Virus record (IMG/VR): IMGVR_UViG_3300029381_000023
Strand: one strand, 5' to 3'
Length of the DNA: 38,874 nucleotides
Origin: a virus
Shown here: positions 9,623 through 17,839 of the stretch, in pieces
Layout: each line of letters starts with the position of its first letter
Numbering within the stretch: position 1 is the stretch's first letter
Position numbers and translations under genes: made by a program
The notes under the pieces: model-generated
What the model was told of the DNA's origin: nothing
The model's input: only the letters and a program-made list of their open reading frames with translations
Database searches by the model: none

Positions 9623-10123
9623 TTAACCAATTTTTTCAGTAAATGTTGGTGTTTCTCCAGTAAATGTTACGCTTCCTTGAGTAGGGTCTCCATTTAAACC
9701 AATTGTAAATGTGATTGATGGAGTAACACCACCATCACCACCATAACTTTCTACTGAAATTGTACAATTAAATACTTGTGCTTTAAATGAATTTTCAGCA
9801 GTAGCTTTATCGTATTTATCAATTAATAAAGCTTTAGTTTCAGCGTCACTACCAGTTGCCATATTATATCTTAAACCATTGATATAATCATAAATAGCAT
9901 CACCAAAATAACATTTCATATTACCATCGATAGTAACATTATAACTGTCTAAAGTAACTGTTGCATTATCATCAGTAATATAAGTTTCACTAGTTGAATT
10001 TGGATTATAACTATAAGTAGCAGTAGTTGATTTTTTACCATATAGTCCCCAGTTGCTAGTTTGTTCACCTGGTGTAGTGTCAAGATACAACATTATTTCT
10101 TTTCTTTTAACCAATGTAGGCAT
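9623..10123 (-). CDS. Major tail protein (166 aa)
   Basis: Beta-rich protein with a strong GGAGGAGGA SD, positioned between the tail completion genes and the chaperones. Confidence 0.7.
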   Translation of the reverse strand: MPTLVKRKEIMLYLDTTPGEQTSNWGLYGKKSTTATYSYNPNSTSETYITDDNATVTLDSYNVTIDGNMKCYFGDAIYDYINGLRYNMATGSDAETKALLIDKYDKATAENSFKAQVFNCTISVESYGGDGGVTPSITFTIGLNGDPTQGSVTFTGETPTFTEKIG

Positions 10124-10126
10124 TTA

Positions 10127-10330
10127 TTATTCCTCCTCCTTTTTAAATTTTGGTTTATTAACAAATTTTTCAATTTCATTAATTTCTTGTAAAGTTAGAG
10201 GTTCAATAAAGCCTTTTTCATTTAAAATTTTTACCATCTCAAAGTTTTCTTTCGTTGGTTCAATAATTTCATTTTTAAAGATATATTTACCTTTATAATT
10301 GCCATTTTTAACAACTTTTATTGTTTTCAT
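10127..10330 (-). CDS. Hypothetical small protein (67 aa)
   Basis: Tightly packed ORF with a GAGGAGGA SD. Confidence 0.5.
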   Translation of the reverse strand: MKTIKVVKNGNYKGKYIFKNEIIEPTKENFEMVKILNEKGFIEPLTLQEINEIEKFVNKPKFKKEEE

Positions 10331-10332
10331 CT

Positions 10333-10773
10333 TTATTCCTCCTCATATATAATTTGTAATTGAATATCAAATACTGCTGTTTTCATACTTTCATCTGCAT
10401 AATTGAATGTACCAGAATTTAAACATACAATACTTTCTATTCCATCAATTTCAGGCAAAATGCCCTCGTCATTATTAGATTTTATAATACTTTCAAACTC
10501 TTCAAAAAAACCTATGTTTTTTAAATTAATTAATCTATCGCTAGAATATGGGTTACGTGCTCTAAATGAATATACATCACGACAAATTCTACTGCCAGTA
10601 ATATCTTCTTCAATAGTACTAATAGTTGGTATTTTATCAAGCGAATAATTATTAACTTCAATTCCTAAAAAATCAGCATTTATCTTTTTATACTTGCTAT
10701 TTAATTCTTCAAGTATAGTTTCTAAATACTTGCCAAGTTTAGCAATTCTTGTATTTTGAACATCAATAATCAT
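10333..10773 (-). CDS. Tail completion / head-tail joining protein (146 aa)
   Basis: Position in the connector block. Start overlaps the upstream stop. Confidence 0.5.
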   Translation of the reverse strand: MIIDVQNTRIAKLGKYLETILEELNSKYKKINADFLGIEVNNYSLDKIPTISTIEEDITGSRICRDVYSFRARNPYSSDRLINLKNIGFFEEFESIIKSNNDEGILPEIDGIESIVCLNSGTFNYADESMKTAVFDIQLQIIYEEE

Positions 10774-11117
10774 TATTTGCCTCCTTTATCAATAAAATCT
10801 TGTACTTCTTTGACAACATTTTGCATTTCAGCACTTACCATTCTTTTATCCCAATAAGGCCCTGTGCCTGGTGTTGTATAATTAACAACTGTTCTACCAT
10901 TTACTTCGCCTATATATTGAGCATGAGCATATTCTTGTTCATAAGTTATGCTATTACTATCAATAGTAACATTTTCTCTTAATATTTCATTATCTTTAGG
11001 AACATATTTGTCCATATACCTATAACAAGTATTAGTAAAAAATTTTTGTACTTTGCCATTTGGTTCAATACCCAAATTAGCCTTTATTACACTTGTAGGT
11101 TGCATTTTAACAGGCAT
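10773..11117 (-). CDS. Minor capsid / head-tail joining protein (114 aa)
   Basis: NYTTPGTGPYWDKRM resembles 'minor capsid protein' families of Gram-positive siphoviruses. Confidence 0.55.
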   Translation of the reverse strand: MPVKMQPTSVIKANLGIEPNGKVQKFFTNTCYRYMDKYVPKDNEILRENVTIDSNSITYEQEYAHAQYIGEVNGRTVVNYTTPGTGPYWDKRMVSAEMQNVVKEVQDFIDKGGK

Positions 11118-11464
11118 TACTTACCACTCACATGAATATGCTTGTTATTGCCAAATACATTATTATTTAAGGAAGTAATATTGTAATATGGAATGTTTAA
11201 ATCTTTTAAATCATTTTCGCTAATAATGTCTTCATATTTACCTTGAACTAAAATGTCGCCTATTCCAAAATTATTGTAGTCTAGGTTAGGGTTCAAGTCA
11301 TAATATATTCTAATTTGAACATCGTTCGCATTTTCATAACCTTTATTAGTACTTGCACCCTTGCCACCAAACCACCATATATTTTTATAGAAATATTTAA
11401 CCCATTTATAGCCATGGTCTATTTCAACTTTATGATAGACTGTTAAACTTGAATTAACTAACAT
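11117..11464 (-). CDS. Head closure / head-tail adaptor-type protein (115 aa; start trimmed)
   Basis: The track start at 11500 is a TTG lying deep inside the upstream gene. ATG 11464 follows AGAGGTG. Confidence 0.5.
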   Translation of the reverse strand: MLVNSSLTVYHKVEIDHGYKWVKYFYKNIWWFGGKGASTNKGYENANDVQIRIYYDLNPNLDYNNFGIGDILVQGKYEDIISENDLKDLNIPYYNITSLNNNVFGNNKHIHVSGK

Positions 11465-11849
11465 TTGCACCTCTATATAACACAGGAACATCATCAACAA
11501 TTAAATTAGATAAATATGTATCAATAATATCTTCTAATTCACTATTTTTAGCCTCTACAACAGACTTTTGAGGTGTCCTATATGAAATACTATAACCATC
11601 AGTACTTTCACTTGAAATAGCCTTATTTTGTGTGTCATACGAACTATAACTATTTAAAGTTGTAATCATATTATAAACACACAATTTAACTTCTTTATAT
11701 TCTTGCCCTTTATCAACTAATCTTCCAAAGGTTCTTTCATCAATTTTCTTTCTAGCATTATATTCTAATAAATTAAAAGGCATTTCATCAAGAGTTCCAC
11801 CTAGAGTTTTAAACTCTTGATAAGTTAGATATTGTCCTTTAAACTCCAT
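11454..11849 (-). CDS. Head-tail connector protein (131 aa)
   Basis: First connector-block gene after the capsid gene. AAAGGAGG SD. Confidence 0.55.
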   Translation of the reverse strand: MEFKGQYLTYQEFKTLGGTLDEMPFNLLEYNARKKIDERTFGRLVDKGQEYKEVKLCVYNMITTLNSYSSYDTQNKAISSESTDGYSISYRTPQKSVVEAKNSELEDIIDTYLSNLIVDDVPVLYRGANVS

Positions 11850-11867
11850 TTAAAATGCCTCCTTTGA

Positions 11868-11987
11868 TTAATCTTCTTTTCTAAAAGATTTTTTAGGTTC
11901 TTCAACCTTTTTAACTTCTTTTGTTTCTTCCTTTATAGGTGTTTCAACCTTTTCTGTAGGCTTGTGTTCCATTCCTACTACTCTCAT
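11868..11987 (-). CDS. Micro-ORF, 39 aa, Lys/Glu-rich (MRVVGMEHKPTEKVETPIKEETKEVKKVEEPKKSFRKED)
   Basis: Hand-translated. AAGGAGGTG lies 5 nt upstream of the ATG. It fills the gap between the capsid and connector genes. Confidence 0.4.
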   Translation of the reverse strand: MRVVGMEHKPTEKVETPIKEETKEVKKVEEPKKSFRKED

Positions 11988-11999
11988 ATTAACACCTCC

Positions 12000-12881
12000 T
12001 TATGCTGCTTTAAATGAAATATAGATACCAGCAGTTTTATTGTTAAATACATCAACTAGACCATATTTTCTATATTTAGAGATATAAGCGTCAGCGTCTG
12101 CATTTAATTCTGGTGGGATTGCATCTGATACAACGTGTTTATCAAATTTGATAACAGCAGGTTTATGAATAATCATAAAGTTAATATCTTTACCAGTAGT
12201 ATCTTTCTTAAATCCACCTATTTCTTCACCAGTTGATTTTCCATCTAATAGGTCAATTTTAGTATAGAAACGAGTTTGTGGAACTGCAACAGTTTTGGCA
12301 AATTTTCCTAATACTTCTCTTGACTTAGTAGTATCTAATGCCATAACACTATTTAATAATGTTGGTGTAGCATATAAAATTCTATTTTCTGCTGGAACTT
12401 GATCTTCATCCATTTTTGTAACGCCTTTTAATAATGCTGTTAAGAATGCTTCACCATCAGCAAATGTTTCACCATCTGCATTTGATACTGAAATACCAGC
12501 CTTACTAGCAAGTGTTGCAAATGTAAATGCATCTCCTTCTGGTGCTACTTGGTAAGTTTGTAATGAATTTTGAGCGATTAAATAAGTATCTCCCATTGTT
12601 TCCTCATTATCCATTGTGTCTAGAGTGATTTTAGTACCTCTATCATAATTAAATGTAGCAGTTTTCCATTCAACAGTTACACTATTGTCTGTATAACCAC
12701 TATTTCTTGAATAATCTCCTAATCCTGTAACTCCTACTTGTCTATAAAGGATTTCTTTTGCATTTGCACCTTCTCTAGCAAGTGAAGCGGGGCTAGTTAA
12801 ATCATTTGTTAAACTCTCTTTTTGATATTTTTCATCAACTAAGCGAGTATATTTTTTTGCTAATGCGATTGTGTTAGCCAT
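12000..12881 (-). CDS. Major capsid protein (293 aa)
   Basis: Directly follows the scaffold gene and has a strong SD. Size and beta/alpha pattern fit an HK97-fold capsid protein. Confidence 0.85.
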   Translation of the reverse strand: MANTIALAKKYTRLVDEKYQKESLTNDLTSPASLAREGANAKEILYRQVGVTGLGDYSRNSGYTDNSVTVEWKTATFNYDRGTKITLDTMDNEETMGDTYLIAQNSLQTYQVAPEGDAFTFATLASKAGISVSNADGETFADGEAFLTALLKGVTKMDEDQVPAENRILYATPTLLNSVMALDTTKSREVLGKFAKTVAVPQTRFYTKIDLLDGKSTGEEIGGFKKDTTGKDINFMIIHKPAVIKFDKHVVSDAIPPELNADADAYISKYRKYGLVDVFNNKTAGIYISFKAA

Positions 12882-12903
12882 TTTAAATCATTCCTCTCTT
12901 TTT

Positions 12904-13467
12904 TTATTTTTTTGGTTCTAATCCCAATAGTTCCCTATCGTGATTTTCTTTTGCAAGTCCAGTATTAACATCTCCTGTTGCTGGCGTAGAAACACCAGGA
13001 TTTGGATTGCTAAATATTCCTTCCTTGTCTTTTGTTAGTTCCTCAAATAAATCTTTTGCAGATTTTCCAGCATTGTTGCTGTCCTTTAAAGCAGTTTTAA
13101 TGTCGCCTATAATTGCATTTTTTGTGTATTCATTTACGAATTTTTTATCCCCAAATGCACTTGTAATATTTTTTGTTAAAGCGTCATCTTCTGCTTTTGC
13201 TTTTGCTTTTGCCTCGTTTTCTGCTATTGATTTTTTTAAGTTGTCTAACTCTTCTTGAACTTTAGCACTATCAGTTGAAACTTTTTCAAGATTATTAACT
13301 TTTGTTTCGTATTCTGTTATCTTCGTATTACTAGCCTCTAATTTAGATGTTAAGTCATCAATCTTTGCTTTTTCATTTGATATAGATTTTCCGTATTCAG
13401 CCATAATCTTATCAATTGTTTCATCTTCCAATTCTAAACTTTTCAAAAATTCTCTTTTCATATCCAT
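12904..13467 (-). CDS. Scaffolding protein (GP20-type)
   Basis: MKREFLKSLELEDETIDKIMAEYGKSI followed by a long coiled coil is the typical GP20 scaffold N-terminus. Confidence 0.85.
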   Translation of the reverse strand: MDMKREFLKSLELEDETIDKIMAEYGKSISNEKAKIDDLTSKLEASNTKITEYETKVNNLEKVSTDSAKVQEELDNLKKSIAENEAKAKAKAEDDALTKNITSAFGDKKFVNEYTKNAIIGDIKTALKDSNNAGKSAKDLFEELTKDKEGIFSNPNPGVSTPATGDVNTGLAKENHDRELLGLEPKK

Positions 13468-13623
13468 TCCTCCTTACATCATTTTTTCGTGTGATGATCA
13501 CGTAGAAAGTTTGAATTTTAACACGATAACGCTCGTGTAAAGCACTTCTTAGTCATGAAGTTAAGACTTGCACTTAATTAATCTCTTTTAGTCTTCATGA
13601 TGAATAAAAAGAACCTAGATAAT
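13468..13623 (-). promoter_or_regulatory. Structured 156-nt leader between the Com-like ORF and the scaffold gene
   Basis: Inverted repeats tcatgaag/cttcatga (13554-13600) and acacga/tcgtgt (13521-13538), plus an 11-bp palindrome gtgatgatcac (13490-13500). Confidence 0.4.
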
Positions 13624-13752
13624 TTATTTATCTTGGTTCTCTAAACTATGGAACTCTATCAATTTTTTACAATGTCGGCACATTATTGAAATAATACCTT
13701 TGAATTTGCCTTTGAATAACAATTTGCCACACATACAACGATATTCTTTCAT
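13624..13752 (-). CDS. Com-like zinc-ribbon micro-protein (42 aa: MKEYRCMCGKLLFKGKFKGIISIMCRHCKKLIEFHSLENQDK)
   Basis: Hand-translated and below the ORF-track cutoff. C-x-C...KLLFK...C-x2-C matches, from memory, the N-terminal zinc ribbon of phage Mu Com (CKNCNKLLFK...CPRCK). Confidence 0.6.
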   Translation of the reverse strand: MKEYRCMCGKLLFKGKFKGIISIMCRHCKKLIEFHSLENQDK

Positions 13753-13782
13753 TAATTCGCCTGCCTTTATGTCACTAGATAG

Positions 13783-13811
13783 ATTATATCATATTTATTA
13801 AAAAAAATCAA
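13783..13811 (-). promoter_or_regulatory. Promoter TTGATT-N17-TATAAT (TGATATAAT) for the Com-like/scaffold/capsid operon
   Basis: -10 at 13783-13788 with the TGA extension at 13789-13791. -35 at 13806-13811. Confidence 0.6.
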
Positions 13812-13913
13812 ATATATAAAATTAGGAATAATATAATATAAATAATTAATAATATATTTAATAATAATTAATATAAATAGTAATAAATAATATATATTTA
13901 TATTTTCATTTTC

Positions 13914-13946
13914 CATATGTTATTCATATGTTTTACATATCTTTTT
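13914..13946. repeat. Iteron array C: three 11-bp-phased CATAT(G/C) repeats
   Basis: catatgttatt / catatgtttta / catatcttttt start at 13914, 13925 and 13936. The flank 13894-13920 matches 30718-30750. Confidence 0.85.
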
Positions 13947-14053
13947 TTTAATTCCTTGATTTTCCCTTATTTTTCGGCAAATTTTAATTTTTAAAATTAC
14001 TATTTTTAATTTTATGTTTTTGAAAAAAATAATTTTTTTTGCAAAAAAACCAC

Positions 14054-14078
14054 AAAAAAAAACAACCTTTTAAGGTTG
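14054..14078 (-). terminator. Putative intrinsic terminator downstream of the HNH homing endonuclease gene
   Basis: Hairpin caacc-ttttaa-ggttg followed on the minus strand by a run of 9 U (A-run 14054-14062). Confidence 0.45.
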
Positions 14079-14279
14079 CATTTGTGCTTGAAAAAACACA
14101 CTAGATAATTAACAATTAGTATCTTTAATAGATACTGTCTAATGATATAAAGGTTTATGTTATATGCCTATAACACTTTGTGGTGTCCTCCAAGAGAATT
14201 GTAAGCATAGAAACCACACTACTAACTTACTTTATTACCTTTTGCCCCTAGACTTTTATATATCACTAGACACTACCTG

Positions 14280-14786
14280 TTAAAGGTAATTCCATATATA
14301 ACCGTATGCAGTTTTTAATTTTCCTTGACAACATTTGTAAATATTGCTTCTATGATAATTATTATTGCATACAATCTCATCTATATTTTTCCATATTTTT
14401 ATAATATTTTTATTCTTATCTTTTTGAATTATTTTTATGTAAAGTGGTTTTTTCTTATTTATTATTCTTTCTATTCTAGTTCCATAATGCAAATTATAAC
14501 AACCATCACACCATTCTAAATTATCAACACAATTATTTAATTTATTTTCGTCTTTGTGATTAACTTCTGGCAAATTATTAAAATTTTCTAAAAAGTTGTT
14601 AGCGACCACTCTATGAACATAAAAAGTTTTTGGTTTTTTATCAATATAAACAATAAATCGCTCATATCCTTTATTATTGATTGATGTTTTTCTTATTCTA
14701 CCTGTCGTTTTATTTTTTATTTTTCCTAAATTTGATACTTCATAATTAGAATGTTCTTTCATTATTTTCCATACTTCATTTTTCAT
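14280..14786 (-). CDS. HNH homing endonuclease with an N-terminal NUMOD4 motif
   Basis: EVWKIMKEHSNYEVSNLGKIKN (NUMOD4) and YVHRVVANNF...EVNHKDENKLNNCVDNLEW (HNH_3). Confidence 0.9.
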   Translation of the reverse strand: MKNEVWKIMKEHSNYEVSNLGKIKNKTTGRIRKTSINNKGYERFIVYIDKKPKTFYVHRVVANNFLENFNNLPEVNHKDENKLNNCVDNLEWCDGCYNLHYGTRIERIINKKKPLYIKIIQKDKNKNIIKIWKNIDEIVCNNNYHRSNIYKCCQGKLKTAYGYIWNYL

Positions 14787-14813
14787 TTTAATACCTCCCG
14801 TAATAAAGTATTA

Positions 14814-14843
14814 GTGAAGGAGGTGATTACGGCACCTCTTCAC
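14814..14843 (-). promoter_or_regulatory. Leader hairpin pairing an SD-like decoy with an anti-SD upstream of the HNH gene
   Basis: RNA is GUGAAGAGGUG-CCGUAAU-CACCUCCUUCAC. ACCUCC can alternatively pair with the real SD GGGAGGU at 14794-14800. Loop CCGUAAU is complementary to AUUACGG beside the SD. Confidence 0.5.
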
Positions 14844-14849
14844 ATTTTA

Positions 14850-14878
14850 ATTATATCACATTAATTTATTTTTTGCAA
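14850..14878 (-). promoter_or_regulatory. Promoter TTGCAA-N17-TATAAT (TGATATAAT) dedicated to the HNH gene
   Basis: -10 at 14850-14855. -35 at 14873-14878. Exact 17-nt spacer. Confidence 0.65.
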
Positions 14879-15019
14879 TTTTATTTTTGTTTATCTTCAA
14901 TTCACATTTTAAATATTTTAACATAAAAAGCATTAAAAAATAATAATTTTTTTATTTTTTAAAAATTGGTACAGATGACATTCTCTGCTATTGTGTTATC
15001 CATATCAATAAACACATAA

Positions 15020-15499
15020 CTAATCATTATCATTACCTCCTAACAATCTTAATGCTTTTTGATAATCATATATGGTAAACCCTAATTGACAATCACATCT
15101 AACCAATAAAGGCAATAAATGGCACATACCAGAGTCATCATCAATGATTATGAATTTGTTTTTAAAATTATTGTCATCAATCCATTTTTGTATTTCTAGT
15201 CCTCGAGCTTGATATAATATTGGTGTCATACCTATTACTTTAATGCCATGATTAAACCCAGATTTAGTAACAAGGTCTTGTAATTGTTCTAATGTCATGC
15301 CAATACGCCAAGAACTTGAAACAACTATATCGTATGGTATCTTATTATATAATTCATTTAACCAACCAATTGCTTGTTTATTATTTAGCTCGTTACGACC
15401 AACTTTATGTATATTGAAAGACCAAGAACCATCTTTATCTTTCTCCCAATATATGGTTTCTACGACCCCATCAAAATCTAAAAAGACAATGGGTTTCAT
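15020..15499 (-). CDS. HAD-superfamily phosphatase-like protein (159 aa; resembles the HAD domain of 'Swiss-army-knife' RNA repair proteins)
   Basis: IVFLDFDGV (DxDG nucleophile motif), VVSSSWR, FIIIDDD. Confidence 0.7.
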   Translation of the reverse strand: MKPIVFLDFDGVVETIYWEKDKDGSWSFNIHKVGRNELNNKQAIGWLNELYNKIPYDIVVSSSWRIGMTLEQLQDLVTKSGFNHGIKVIGMTPILYQARGLEIQKWIDDNNFKNKFIIIDDDSGMCHLLPLLVRCDCQLGFTIYDYQKALRLLGGNDND

Positions 15500-15513
15500 T
15501 CTTTCACACCCCT

Positions 15514-17199
15514 TTATTTTTCTTTATTTTTAAAGCCTCTTTCTCTGTAATCATTATATATTTCATAATTAATTTTGTGCTTTTTCAATAAATTTATAAC
15601 TTCTTTCGGTTCATCCTGTCTTATATAAACTTTTTTTATATATTTAATTGATTTTAAATTATTACTGAATTTTAACTCATTGTAATATTTAGGTTCGTCT
15701 TTTAGCATCTGCATCAAACTATTAAATTGTCCACTTTTTTGTGAATATTTATTTCCACCATCACCTTTATATAAGAATGTATTTTCGTTCACATATTGTA
15801 ATATTTCTGGCTTAAATTCAATAAATTGTGTGCCATATTTTACTTTTGTATTTAATTCTTTTCCTACCGCTAAACTAGGTGCGATTATTTCATCGTCTTT
15901 TATTATTTCTTCTAAATTTTCAGTAGAATGCCATATAACATTATTTTTATTTGCATATTTTATTTCGGGAGCATTTTTGATTTCTATTTTAGTTCTTTTG
16001 TAACCACTAACACTAGCCCTAGTAGATAACTTGTTAGGTAAACCACTAATATTACATAATTGCTTGTATTTTGTAGTTAATTGAGTAATTCTCGTTTGAC
16101 TTTGCAATACCAACTCATTATCACCACTTGCTCGTGCTAGTATTTGTGTATCTTTTGCTTCACGAATAGCACTTTCAATTCTTCGTTGAAGTTGCGTACC
16201 CTCATACATATTATAAGTCTTGCCATCAAATTCAAATGTTTTATTCTTATTATCAATTATTTCTTGTAATTGCTTATTACTATATTGTGGTTTAGATACG
16301 CCTAAAACTATACTAAATATGTAATGATAGCAGTTATATTCACTTATGCTTCTTCTATCATGCCCCTTAAATTCAGGTTCAAATACCATACCAGTATAAT
16401 CAACTGCTTTTTTGTCATTTTGGAAGTTCTCAAATTCTTCATTACTAAATTGTCGACCTTGCACCAACTCATGATCAGGTGCAGGCATTTCATGTACTGA
16501 CACCTCTACACCATCACTATCAAATTCTTTTCCAAATAGTTGTTGGCTTTCGTTTGATACTTGCCTCATACTATCAAGTATATTCATTCTTATAGAAGTG
16601 TCTAATCTTCTTGAATAACCACTCTCATATTCTATTTTACGAACTCCTGATGATGATAATTGCTTTAAAGTGTTTCTCATACTTTGCTGATATGTTTCTT
16701 TTCCTTGGCTAATTGCAACAACACATTTATCTATTATATACTTGTATGTTTCATCAATATCTAGTAGTAAAGGTTCTCCATTATCTCCTAAAAGCCTAAA
16801 ACCTGTGCTTTTAGCGATGTTTTTAAATTCTGCACCACTTATACTATAAACACTAGAAACAAGTCTCTGGAGTGCTTTATTTTCACTATAAATAGGTGTT
16901 TCAAGTCCTCTTGCTTTATAATACACATCAGCAAAGCCAATATTCTCTTTTGCAACCTTTTCTAGTATTGCTTTCAAGTCTTTAACAGACAATCCACTTA
17001 TTTTAGATAACTCATCTAATAAGTCTTTAACAGTTGTGTCATATTTTAATTGTTGTGCTAAGGAATATGCTTGGCTTGAATTTAAATCCTTAAATTTTTT
17101 TATTGTTTCACCTAAAAATTTTAAAACTTGTGTGTTATAATTTTCAAATCTTTGTTGAAATATCTTTAAAAGTTCCTCTTGTTTATTTTCATTTAACAT
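15514..17199 (-). CDS. Head morphogenesis protein (SPP1 gp7 / Mu F-like, 'minor capsid protein 2' type) with a ~155-aa C-terminal extension
   Basis: VHEMPAPDHELVQGRQFSNEEFENFQ and YEGTQLQRRIESAIREAKDTQILARASGD are typical of the family. Sequence after ~aa 405 is extra. Confidence 0.85.
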   Translation of the reverse strand: MLNENKQEELLKIFQQRFENYNTQVLKFLGETIKKFKDLNSSQAYSLAQQLKYDTTVKDLLDELSKISGLSVKDLKAILEKVAKENIGFADVYYKARGLETPIYSENKALQRLVSSVYSISGAEFKNIAKSTGFRLLGDNGEPLLLDIDETYKYIIDKCVVAISQGKETYQQSMRNTLKQLSSSGVRKIEYESGYSRRLDTSIRMNILDSMRQVSNESQQLFGKEFDSDGVEVSVHEMPAPDHELVQGRQFSNEEFENFQNDKKAVDYTGMVFEPEFKGHDRRSISEYNCYHYIFSIVLGVSKPQYSNKQLQEIIDNKNKTFEFDGKTYNMYEGTQLQRRIESAIREAKDTQILARASGDNELVLQSQTRITQLTTKYKQLCNISGLPNKLSTRASVSGYKRTKIEIKNAPEIKYANKNNVIWHSTENLEEIIKDDEIIAPSLAVGKELNTKVKYGTQFIEFKPEILQYVNENTFLYKGDGGNKYSQKSGQFNSLMQMLKDEPKYYNELKFSNNLKSIKYIKKVYIRQDEPKEVINLLKKHKINYEIYNDYRERGFKNKEK

Positions 17200-17482
17200 T
17201 ATATTCTCCTTTTAATATTTCAATTAATTTTTTGCTTAATCGTGCTGGTAAATAATAATCTTTTATTAATCTTTCATCTCTAGTTCTACCTATAACACAT
17301 TCTTGTTTATGTGTTTCATAAAACATTATTGCCATATGTATTTTTTGTTTTAAGTCGTTATTTTCTTCAAGCAACATAGTTTTATCTTGATAATATGGTA
17401 ATTGTAGAACATCAAAGCATTCTACTGAATTGGGGCAATATATTGTTTTTCTTTTAATACAAGTTTTACAATCTTTACTCAT
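17189..17482 (-). CDS. Hypothetical protein (97 aa) with an N-terminal Cys cluster
   Basis: CKTCIKRKTIYCPNSVEC. GGTGGGAGAG SD. Confidence 0.6.
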   Translation of the reverse strand: MSKDCKTCIKRKTIYCPNSVECFDVLQLPYYQDKTMLLEENNDLKQKIHMAIMFYETHKQECVIGRTRDERLIKDYYLPARLSKKLIEILKGEYNVK

Positions 17483-17484
17483 CT

Positions 17485-17565
17485 TTACTCTCCCACCTTA
17501 TAAGCCATTTGTTCCATTCCTTTTTTAGTTCGCACATACATATTTTCTTTAAGTTCTAATTTCAT
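17485..17565 (-). CDS. Micro-ORF, 26 aa (MKLELKENMYVRTKKGMEQMAYKVGE)
   Basis: Hand-translated. GGAGAT lies 5 nt upstream. It fills the 17483-17575 gap. Confidence 0.25.
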   Translation of the reverse strand: MKLELKENMYVRTKKGMEQMAYKVGE

Positions 17566-17575
17566 TCTTTATCTC

Positions 17576-17839
17576 CTAAAATAATGGCTTTCCAATGTAT
17601 TCTATATTAAAATAATTAGCAAAATACATATCTATAATAGTTATTACATCATCAGTTTTTATGTCATAAAATTCTTTAAACTTTGTTATTTCTCTAAGTA
17701 ATTCTTTTATTTTACCTTTTTCTCTAATTTGAATTGATTTAATCTTTCCATAATCGTAAATAATATCAAGTTTTATTAGTCCATCAAAATCAATATTAAA
17801 ATCTTTGCTATAGTCTTTTTCAAATTTTACCTTTATCAT
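17576..17839 (-). CDS. Hypothetical protein (87 aa)
   Basis: ORF with a GGAGATGA-type SD, tightly packed. Confidence 0.6.
   Translation of the reverse strand: MIKVKFEKDYSKDFNIDFDGLIKLDIIYDYGKIKSIQIREKGKIKELLREITKFKEFYDIKTDDVITIIDMYFANYFNIEYIGKPLF

Noticed and set aside
13468-15019. Possibility that the HNH gene and its ~1 kb of flanking non-coding DNA form a group I intron
   Set aside because: The flanking genes (HAD, scaffold) appear complete with their own stops, starts and SDs, so no interrupted exon is evident. The flanks instead contain a promoter, a terminator, iterons and a micro-ORF. I cannot exclude an intron without a covariance-model search.
17471-17490. Tandem 10-bp duplication atctttactc x2 at the start of gene 17189..17482
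   Set aside because: There are only two copies. They overlap the stop of the micro-ORF and the start of the next gene, and no other copies occur elsewhere. A local duplication is the likely explanation, not a functional repeat.
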